From the NCBI GenBank assembly GCA_051294905.1, contig CM119372.1, positions 9,364,001 through 9,428,000 on the forward strand: a DNA stretch of 64,000 bases, in the 5' to 3' direction. Source of the DNA: Botryllus schlosseri (Eukaryota). A model generated the notes under the pieces. That model worked only from the letters and a program-made list of their open reading frames with translations. It had not been told where the DNA came from and made no database searches. The position numbers and the translations under genes are program-made. Shown one piece after another: positions 39,301 through 51,300 of this stretch. How positions within the stretch are numbered: position 1 is the first letter of the stretch; each line of letters begins with the position of its first letter.

Positions 39301-42300
39301 TTGCAGTACATAGTTGAAGTTTTGAATGCTCTAGCGATCGGCTGAATCAGACGGTTAGGCTTAGCACTCATCAGATGTTTGCAGCAAATTGAATTCACTT
39401 GTAAATGTTTTCAAAGTCCCTAATGATGTCGCAGAAACGTGGTTTAAATGCAAGCATAGGCCCTGCTTGATATGATATGCAATCTATGTTGGATACTATC
39501 CACTATGCAGCATTGTCTGTGTTTACCTTTACACCCCTTTTCTGCGCGATTATTAAGGAATTTGACATATCATATCCAGCATATTATGTGCTTACTTTTA
39601 CGCCTCTTTTCTGCGTCATCATCAAGGACTCTGACAACACTTGCAAGTGAATACAGTTTGATGCAAGCATCTGACAAGTGCCAAGCATAACCCGCTGATT
39701 CAGCCGACCTTTAGAGGTTTCAAAACTTCAACTATGTACTACAGCCTGAGCGCAATGAGATCACACAAACTATAGTGTCATTGTTAAGCTTTATCTTTGT
39801 ATTCAATAATGATATATTATTTCTGAAACTAGGAATCCGTCGCCACTTGCATAAGCGCCTATGCTTTCCCTCGTTGAAAACAAAGCATATAGGCTATGGC
39901 GGTTTCTTTCACAATAAAGCAGTCATGCTTTAGACGTTTTTGTGAAGCAGCTGTTGTTTGTTCATCATGTATTTCGTACCTCAACATACCCTTAATCAAT
40001 CCTAAATCATTATCTGTCAACCTACATACAATGCGCTTTCAGAATCTCCGCCAGTAGCAGACTCCTTGTTCACCTAATCAGCAAGCTGCTGCTGACGTGG
40101 TCATTGAAGCATAGCCGATTATCCAATCAAGAGCCGTGGTTTCTTGATTACTAGTCTTCTCGCCGTTCTATGGTCGGTGGCACGCCCATTCTTCGGCAGC
40201 TACTTTCAAACGCTTTGCACGAAATCTTAACGGCCATTCTGTGAGCTTCTTTCAGGCTCAGTGTCGTTTTTTATCAATAATCTATCGAATAAGACATTAC
40301 AACCGAGGATTTGTAAGATTTTCCAAATTATGGACAACCCTACTACACGCGCGCGCGGCAATCCTCGCTAATTCATGGCTTCAACAACAGGCCATGTGCC
40401 CAAAATATAATCGCTTGCGTAATCAGTCGCATCACCAACAGGCGTGGTGTGCACGACATAACCGTTGGCCTGAGCAATTGCATCTGACCTCGTGCGTAAG
40501 ATGTTGCGTCGACGGCCTCGCAGGCTTTGGCTGCTATCTACTATCGTATAGAGGCAATGCCGTTACTTGTAAAATGATTAGCAATCGTATCTGTAATAGG
40601 CCTCGTACGCACGATGTCGTGTCGCTGGCCCGAAGTATCGCGTCACCAGCCTCGCAGGCTTTGGCTGCTCTCTACTATCGTTTATAGACAATGCATAATG
40701 ATTAGCGATCGTTATGTCATGATTGTTGAACAGTGACATCGCAAAACAGACAACATCGTATACTAAAACATAGCTATTCATGCACTGCGAATGCAGGGTG
40801 CGTACTATACATGGGTACAGGCTTTTTCCCAGAATTTGCATGCCATTTAGGGGTGCGTATTATACATGGGGGCGTACTACACTTGGAAAATTACAGTAAG
40901 TCACCAAGAATAGTATGACATCATGGATGATAGGTGATACTCGGATTCTCGACCCAAATCAGAGCAAAATGATTGATTCTGAATCGAATTATCCAGTTAC
41001 TCAATTATAATCGGTCCGGTTTAGAAGTCGACCCAATTTACACTCGGGACTGACATTCCGTATTTTAGACCTGTCATCAGTCCGATACAACGTATATTTT
41101 AAAAAGTATTTACCTCTTTTTCGGCGGAGACCATGGCGGCGGCCATAGTTTCGTTGTTCATGCCGTCTTGGAAACGTAGGCTGGCGATGTTGTCGTACAT
41201 TTTGATCATGTGCTCCTGCACGCAGCTGGGATCGCTGGACCCGAGGATACTCAACAATTCGTCGTCGGATATGAAGAAAAATCTGCGAGACAGTTCCAAG
41301 TTTGAAAAAAATATAGCTACTTAATCAACACCTATAATATACAGACAAAAATACTTGAAATTAGCGACAATACGCAGAGGAGGTCAAAGTCAATTGCAAT
41401 CAGTAGGCGAAACCTATTCGAGTGCTCCCGAAAAGTACAAGTTCTTAGTCGGTGACAGTGACCACTCTTGCGATGATACTCTATTCCATATCTAACCTTG
41501 GGAAAGCGTTTCGTTTCGAATCGAGATAGTCGTTGAGAGATTTTTGGCAACGTTCCAGACCGTCGCTTAAGCTTTGCAAGTCTTGCAACCGATTTGCCGT
41601 GTGGCAGCATTCTTTGATTTTCGGGTTCTTCACCGTTTCCTGCATGATCTTCTTGAATATTTTGTCGATGTTATCAAATTTTTTCGCCTCTTCGGGCAGC
41701 TGAGATCTGGAATATAAAGATAGTGTCAGTATGACATGATGTAATATTGTAAGGTGTTGTTGTATTCATGATGGAGTATCCGATATCTCTCGAACAATAT
41801 TAATATTTCTCAAAACTTATCGCTAGCCTGATAGTAACTAGCCTGGAATATACGGCAGGGAAATCTATTTGAAGCAATTTGTCCACCACCAAACTTCTTT
41901 GGTAGAAGCTAGTTTAATTTTCTCAGAGGAACGTAGCTATGCGACCAAAGTGAGACATGATAGCACTGTGTCAAACAAAATAATTCAGTATCATTACTAG
42001 TATATATTAACAACGGCAATGAAACTCCAGAAATCAGCCTTAAGCTCGGCATAATAACCGACCTGATATCGCCGCCGATGAAGATAGATTCGAGATACAT
42101 CCACTTCCGTTGAACCACCATCCAGACGTCGCAGACCTGCATTGAAATACAACAATCTTGACGACGCATTTCAACTGGAGACCAGAGGTGGTTACTAACT
42201 TAGTATTTCTACTGTTTAATGTACTGATGTGGGTTTTTCCTACGATATCACGGTTTTTCCTAGGTTTTTCCTTTCTCAAGCGATTATCTTTGTATACTAC

Positions 42301-45300
42301 TCAATTTATTTCCGAAGATTGTACCTATTTGTAGCTTCATTAGTAATTTTGCATCAATCGAGAGGATACATCATGCAATTTTAGAAGTAACCGCCGCGAA
42401 TTAAGTGCTAAAAGCACAAAACCCCTCAAGAAAATATAACTACTTGAATACTTCTCAGAGCTTTCCTTTTCTACATCCCCTTGCGGTAATTTTGACACGT
42501 TTTGGAAACAGCTTCTTCTACTTGTAATTGAGGATCAATTTACAACACTACTACTTGAATAGCAGCGCAGGCTATTTTGACCGGGCAGACATGGGCAGAA
42601 CTGATCCCGCACAAATCTAACACAAAAGCAAACAAACCTCGGCGATCAGAGACAATCCCTTCTCCCAATTTTGCACGGAAGCCAGGAAAGGCCCGACGAA
42701 TCTGGAAGCCGACATTGACTGCAGATTCATTGCGTTGTCGTCCAGGATTTGCAGGACTTCATCGATGGCGCCTGATGACAATGAAAGCGTCTTATAAATG
42801 TCAATAATTTTACACTATCAGCGACAAACCGTACCGAGAACATATCCTCTCTCTTGAGTCCCTTTGAAGTATTTCAAAACCGTAAATTTCATCGATTCCC
42901 ACGTGTCGACGACCTGGAAATTATCGAAAACGTATAGCAGATCGTCGCATAATTAATGTAGACTCGAGCGTACCTCCTTGAGACCCTTTTCTATGCTCAA
43001 TTCCTTCACGGCCGACGTTACTATTTCGTTGATCGTGTCGGCAAAGTTGTGCAGCTGCATCGTGAACAGGTTGTCCAGAGTGAACGTGTCCGGGTTCATG
43101 TCGAAGTCTTTGCCGGTTTTCGCCATCAATTCCTTCCAATGCCTGGAAAACGTTAGTGGAAAGGTCAAAGGGGAATATATATATGGCAATGCGACAATTT
43201 AATAGTGTGGTTTCCCCTGAAGAGTTTGATCCTTGATCATTCAAATTACAATAGTCAAACATGGGAACACATTTCTCATGGTTAACACCGGTGTGTCCAG
43301 CACAAAGCACACATTACTAATTCTAGTAATAGTGTACCTTATGTTCTGCATATTGATTCTTTTTCGGATAACATGATATATATCACACAAGCTTCACGAT
43401 AATCATAATCGCTTAGCTTATCTCTGTATTCTGTCATATTCACTATATACGAATCTAAAATCTAAAATGAAAAACTGCAACACCAGCAAGTTGGGAGCAT
43501 TGGTACAACTCGGCCTATGATATTTTGTTCGCTACCATAATACTTCAGGCGCAGGAACAGTCCTAGTGCCGTGCATCAAATAATATCGAAAACTTATTTG
43601 TTACCTGTCCCTCAAAGCTTCATTTTTCAAATCCAAAAACAGCGGAATCGATTCTTTGAATTCCTTCATTTTGGCTTCCAGATATTGAGCGGGCGGCAGA
43701 AGCTTGACAGGTTTCGGCATTTTACGTAGCTTTTTCATGAAGCCGTCGATGCCCTCCATCAACTGATAAAACCAACCAATTACTTGACAAATACACACAA
43801 ATAAGATATTTCCCAACCAATTCCTGAGACTAATCAATCCATGTTGCACTTCAGTGCAAAATTAATAAACAGTAATCAACCCGTACCTGATTGACGTTCA
43901 AGTTTGCCCAGAGTGTCTGGGACCATTCCTCCCTGGCGTTGGCCTGTTCCTCGTACAGCTGATACACCATATCCAGCCCCTTCATGTCGTTTTGGACTTT
44001 GAAAAGGTCGGGGTACGCCGTGATCGAAAGATCGAATAGTTTTTCGGCATTCGTCAGCTCTTGTCTGGAATAAACAAATGAAATATAATATAATTTATCA
44101 AAAATCAAACTTGATTGATAAGTTCGGTCATCCGTATCAACGAAAATCTGGAAAATTCTTATGAAAAATATTCCCACTCACAATAAGGATTATTGCTAAT
44201 GTGTCTACTGAAGTTCTGTGCATACAAGAGTCTCTTCGAATAAGGATTATATTAGTATTTCTTGATGTGTCTGACCGTGAAAATATGAGCCGCACCTTTC
44301 GCTTTCATATTCGGCGAGTTCCTTTTTGAAGTCTTTCAATATCTTGAAGCCCTTTTCTAAATCGGAACCGACGGCGCCCGGGCCCTCCTCGCGAAATTTT
44401 TCCGAAAACTTTTCGAGCTGCGTCTGGAAATCGGAAATCTGCTCCTTGGTGATGGCGGTGAACTTCAGTTTCACTCCGGTCAAGTTGACGTCGGTGATCT
44501 GAAATGGCGCAAAAACACAGCTTAAACCCAGTGGTAAATCGATAGTTTTCACAATACCGAGTGATATCACGACTTGGGTCAAAAATTAAGGACGGCCAAA
44601 CACTCTTAAGTAGAAAGGAAGCGAATTTCGTGAGCTGATGACTAGAAAAAGGTCAACACTTTCGCCCCCAGTCTTTTGCAGTCATTTTGGTGAGGTAATG
44701 ACTAAAAAGACAATTTCACCTCGTCCTAATCACCGCCTCATTGCCGAAAATATGGACATTCTTGCTGAAAATAAAGACAAATTTGAGAAATAAGGGCATT
44801 GTAGTTTCATAGACAACCGATCTTCAAAATAAGGACAAAGGACGGTATGGTAACCCTGGGTATAGATTTTTTTGAGAGTATATAACATGTAATTCGCGGC
44901 ATTTACAAAAATCTGAAGAGCTTCTTTGAGCTACTAAACTTCAATATACAATTGAAAGGTATATTCATATTGAAATGAACCTTAATATTCAAAAATTCAG
45001 GCCGGGGATGTCATATTTGGTGATACGATTGTTGATATACAACGTTCTTTCCAATTCTCTACTAGTTGCTGATGATTACCTCTGACGAGTGTCAGCCGAC
45101 AATATTCGGGCTCATTTTAATATGAATATAGTTTTCAATATACAAAAATGGTTTCACGAAATAGAATACAAATACCTTCGGTAACATACCTTTGCGTTTA
45201 GGAACAGGTCATCCCACATCTGTTTTATATTCCCCTCCAACTCCAATTCCTCTTCCGACACTGCGATGTTATACATTTGAATCGTGCGGTATCTAGTGAA

Positions 45301-48300
45301 ATGAGAAAATGTTAAAAATCATAAAGAGACACGCAGTTGAATATTGCAATATCGTCGCAAAATAGCTCGAATCGAACCTTTCTTGAATGTCGGCGATTTG
45401 CATTTCCACATCCAACGACATGAGTTTGATGTTGGCGATTACGCCGAGCACAAATTTCAAGTCTTCCAAAGTGTCGGGAGATCTTTGCAAATCTTTTGTC
45501 ATTTGATCCTGAAACACCCGACAACTACGTAAGTCTCTACCTATAGAGCCCAAAAACCTATACGTGTGCATGTATGTATTTTATTTAACGGTTGAAAGAG
45601 ATGAACAAAATAATAAAGATAACGATAACGTATATATAACAAAAACAAAAAACACTGAGTAAGACGGCTACTAATACCCCAGAGAAATCTAACCAGATTT
45701 ACATCCATTATAATTTTCTTTACCAAAAAGTGGCAAATTTTATAATGTAGAGTATTCCCAATATTCACCAGAAGTACAGTAAGCAATGTATGAGTGCACA
45801 ATACTCGATAGACAGCTAGCACCCACAACAAATTTCCACTTGGTCATATAAACCCGGTGAGTTCCATATATACTAGCGGGCATTGCAAGCAAATCCCAAT
45901 ACTTGGGGAATGACAAATAGTTTTCTTTCGAAATCATAACTGTATACCAAAACGATAAGGTCACATTATTATATATTATAACAGTTGGATCCAAGTGACT
46001 CAACACATGTCATGACTCAATTTGTTGTGTGGTCTCCAGACTACAACCTGAGACAAATACCCGTTGCTAAGTTATTTACCTTCCTGTACACAAAGACCAT
46101 GAATATTATACATCTGCAAATACAGGATCACATACCAATCACAAGCAGATAGGAGGAATCATAAACTCGTGCTAGCAAAGATTTGATCTTACCAAATTCT
46201 CTTTCAGCTGATACAAGGATTCCATGGCAGACTCTTTAAGCAATTTTCCGAGCTCCTCCACCCATTTACCTGCGTGATCTTTCACGGTGATAGCCAACGG
46301 TTGCAGGTTCAATCTGATGCACATTTCGTCCTGGCATTCAAATACACGGATTAAAATCGAGTAAAACATATCCAAAACACTCCTAATCCGCTCTTTGAAA
46401 GAATGTATTCACTAACGCTACTCGAAGTCACATACCTTTATCATGGGCTGCTGGGTGACCTCGTCCATAATTCTCGAGTAAAACTGTAACTTGTCGTCAT
46501 AGGCGACACACGAAGGACTTTTGGCGGCGAATTTCTCCATGACAATGGTTTTGTCCAGTTTCCACAACGGCCTGTATCGCTTCCACTTTGCTAAAAATGG
46601 GAACGTGCAAATGCAGTATTACTAGATAGAATGACCTATCAATACAAGTAGACTTAGATAATGAGAGGTGATTAAAGTAGTGAGCATTGCTACTCAAGAA
46701 GCAGTAGAAGTAAAGCCATTAATTACTACGCAACTACACGAGCACCTCTGTCACTGATAAATATTGCTCCGAGCAGTGCACTCGCGGCTCGTAATTATCT
46801 GGGTTGGGGTCCTCCCACTAAAAGGCGGATGGAGAAAAATACTCACCCATGCTTCTCGTGAGACTCGTCAGCAGTCTTTGTACGTTGCTGCGAATGCTGC
46901 TGATAACCTCTCCGATTCGCGGAATATGACGCACATCGTCGAAGAAAGTCAACATGACTGGCTCGTCATCAGTGTCCAATTGCTGGGGCGGCGTCTCAAT
47001 GCACGTTCCTAGAATAAAGTCAGTGAAGCGTTAATCGCGCAAAAGTTTATAGCGTGATTTACGCCAAACGTCAAGTATACAAATCCAATATAATCTCGCG
47101 AGACCTACATGCAAGGATGCAATTCAGACAATGACAGGGTTTTCCTGCCAGCAAAGATAAAATTCACTGTGTAGGTTGTCATATCTGAGAGCATCACAAT
47201 ATTAGGTCAAGTTGGTTAATGAATCTTAGCGACTAACGCAAAATGATTAATGACATTATGCACAGGCAGAATCTTCGGAAATATCTTCAGTTACCATGAT
47301 ACAGCAGCTATTTTTCCAGATGTTCTCACAATTTTATTCATAAAATCGATGCAAACGTATACCCAAACTACTACCAACGTTACAAAATAAAAATCGCTAT
47401 AAATGGGTAGTCAGGTATTCAGTATTTAGGTACTACGAGCATGTACTTTGATACTGACCAACTCTGGTATTGTGCATACAATAATTATATATTGCCTATC
47501 TGGGGTCATGAAAGGGTCTGGGGTGGCAGACAAAAAGATTTCGTAAATCCTTGGTTTAAACGAGCAGGTGATGTAGTCAGATGGTCGAAATAATTTGACT
47601 TTGAAATCCAGCTGTTTATACATCCACTCCCGGAAGGTGTTTACTTGATATATTCGGCGATAATCTCGGCATGCAACAGTACTTACCATTCATCCACCGT
47701 ACAAAGTACTTCGACGACATCACGCAGTCGCGTAACGACTGCTCCAACAATTTGTATACTTCGGTAGCTGACGGGTGCAGCACAATCTCCGGCGATGACA
47801 AAATGGCCTCCATTTGAAAGCAGGCTTTGTTGGTAGCAAGAACTGAAATTGTAAAAGTACTCATGACCGGATATCGACACTGGTGATACATTTCCAGCCT
47901 GAAGAATACAGAAGTAATTTTCATTGTTTTCAATAGCAAATTCCTTACTTCGATTAAAATCCGAAAGGTTCCGAACGACCATGTTGCCCAGACTGTCGAA
48001 AATTCTTTGCTCCCAGTATTCGTAATACTTTGCGAGCTGCTTGGACCGGCCCGAGTTGGTGTGCGCGACGAGCCCCTCCATTTTCGTGAGAAGGGGTCCG
48101 ATGGCCCGATATTTTCTCGACAAAATATCCAAATCTTTGATACGCTCGCTTTCCACGAATTCAAGATAGTCCTGTTGGTAATTATAGTTGAGATAAGAGT
48201 GGAGCGAGTTGCAAAATTGATTTGAGATATAGCAAAAATGGACGCGAATTATTACTTTCATTTGTCGATTAGGAATGAAAAATGTTCCAGAAGTCGCAAA

Positions 48301-51300
48301 TCTCTACACTCTCAGGACTTACCTTGACGCTGGGTAAGTATCCACCAACTTTAGGAGGATAAGGCTTGAAAAGGTTTAGATTTTCAATGAGCTGAATCCT
48401 GCTATCGATATCCCTGGCGTTCTTCTGAATCTGATTGACGAGCGATTCGAATTTGCCAATTGCTGTTTCGCATCGGCTGATATAATCCTGCAAAAGACAG
48501 GAAACGTAGCATTGAGTGCCACGAATCAAAGGTGTAAACTCTGGTAAATTCCCTTACCGGGGTACCCAATGAATTCCAATTCAGTCGCCTGTATCCTGGT
48601 CGCAAAACTCTCTTGAGCTCGAGTATATGATCCCCCAAAAGTTGCATCTGTGGGGAAATATAATGTTAAAATCATGCTAGAGAGGTCACTGTAATGAGTG
48701 TTTCAAAGCTTTTTGCTGAGGATTTTCCAGACATAGATTCATCTACAAACATTTCAATTAGGTAGTTACATATCACGATCAATGTGTAAATGAGTCACAA
48801 TTGCAATTGTAATATGACATTTTGATGGTGAAGCTGGTCAAGACGTAAGTACAGGCTTTGGAAGTAAAATCACACAAACAAACAAAAATTGAACATTGGC
48901 AATGTTGGTATATCTAATCGTTGAAGTTCTTAGCCCTACCTCTGCGGGCTCCAGTGTGTCGAGAAGTGTGTGGTATCTGTTGAGCATGTGTTTCAGTCCG
49001 TTGATGTATTTGAAGTATTTGTCCTCCTGTGGAATGATGCGGCAAAAATTAGTAAGCAAATTTGCAGCTGACATTCTACAGAGCCGCAGAAGTGACAGAA
49101 CGTTGCGTTCATCCATATATAGCAATTTGTCTTCAAGAGCACTGGATAATATCAATTCTACGAGACGCAAAGTTACTTGGCAATCTCTTATCAACCTTTG
49201 CACTGCCTAGTATGCTGGATAAAAACCAGGCCCATCTCCAAATTATTGATTATAATGGCCAAGATATGGCCGAAAGAAACTGAAAACTTTACAAAAACTT
49301 GATTATCTCAAAATGTGTAAAATGAACATAAGCAACTTTGATTCCATAGCGACTCAATAATTCCTGTCTTATCAGTACGTGGCGGCGGCCATTCTGCTCA
49401 TTTTCAAAAATAAAAGTAAAGTCGCAAGCGATCAATCGTACTTGAAGAGCCACGTTTCTCGCACTATCAGGAACCATGAAGCCGAGTTGCTCCATGTATT
49501 TCGTCTCGCTCGTAATCTCTTGGGCTTCGGGAGCATAGTTTACGACGTACTCTTCAGTTCTGCCTTCAACTGAGAAAAAAGAATTATATAGCATCGCTGT
49601 ATAATTCATCGTATTACTGACGTTCACTACTGATGAGAGTCAGTCAAACATATTTTAGTGAATGAATTAACGGATTAACAGAAATCAACTCTTAGAGGTA
49701 CAGAACTTATATATATACAATTGAATAATATATTCATATTGAAATATGACCCGAATCTTTTTGCCTGATTGTCAGGGTTAATCATCAGCAACAAGTAGAG
49801 AACTGAAAATAACATTGCATATCAACAACCGTATCGTCAAATACAATGTAACCGGCATGAAAATTGAAGTAATCGAGGCGAAAAGATGGCTGAAGCTCAA
49901 TGTACTATTTATCGATTAAATACAAACTCCTTCTGTTGGGGCAAACTGGGTTGGCAAATTTCGATGAAAATCGACTCCAAGGCGTAGAAATAAAAGAATG
50001 TGACGCGAAATATGCCGTCTCGATTATTAAATGCTTGCCAATGGCCGGTGACGTCATATTTTGTTATATGATTTTCGACATAGAATATTCTTTTCAATTC
50101 TCAACTAGCTACTGACGATTAGCCCACACGAATGTCAGCCGAAAATATTAGGGTTTATTTCAATATGCATACCGTATATTATTAAATAACAATATGAAGG
50201 TGATGTTTCGTGTGGTCCTACCTTTGTTCGGTGACGACCGACTTTCTTCGATCGTCTCGACATGTTCCGACGAATGATTTTGTGTCGCAGACCCGGAACT
50301 GCTCAAGTCTGAAATAAGAGAGAGAGACAGAGATTAGAAAGACCCATTTTTTGCCAATTTTGCGAGCGTGCGTTTCCACGCGCGTGGCCTGCCTTGAATA
50401 ACGTTGGACGCCGTCGGCAACGCCAGCAGGTTGCGCTTCATATACCCCGGCAGCGACGATTCCACGGCTTCGTTCCAAAGTTTGTACTTTTGGTCTTCGT
50501 AGTCCTTCATGGCTTTCGCCAGGTTCAAGTACGCCGTCTTGGCCTGCGTGTACCGGTGACTAATTTTATTTCAGGAAATTGCACCTATTTGCAGCATCGT
50601 TTGTCGTTTTGCGTTACTTGCAAAGAGGCATCCATCACCCCCGAATAACTGCTAAAAGTATGTCACTAACTCAAGCAATTTTGAGACCTTCATTTCCTAC
50701 TTCTACTCGAAGCAATTTTGACATGCCTTGAATATCCTTACTTCTATCTACATTTGAGTAGAACTTTACAACGTTGCTTCTACTTTTGCTAACAATAACG
50801 TCCCCTGTATAACTCATATTGCCAGACATTTACAACGTCGCGATGTATGACTGTCGTACAGATTGATAAACGGGCAAACAATTCGACTCACGCTTTTGCC
50901 TGCCTCCGTGTTGAGCATCTCCTCGGCCGACTGAAATCTTATGATGGTGTGCTTGATACGTTGGAACAACGATCTCTCCCACGCGATAGCCCCTGCGGTA
51001 GGGGGCTGATTTTTAGCCAGAGGCGGGTCGTCTTTTCCGCTTTCGAAAAGCGAACGTATGATTTCGACCTGAACGTGAAGGAAAAATATTCAGATGGAGA
51101 GACAGAATTGTTTTAGATCGACAAAACATATGTTGTTAGTGATATTCACTGTGCTTTTCGACTGCACTGGTCATTTACACCAGGCCGATTTTCTTTATTT
51201 TGATTCCGTAACTGCTGACGAGCAGCATAGCTCACTTCTAGGCTTTTTCAAGACACCGCTTGCTCGTATCAGATGGCAATAAGAAGTCTAGATAAACCTC

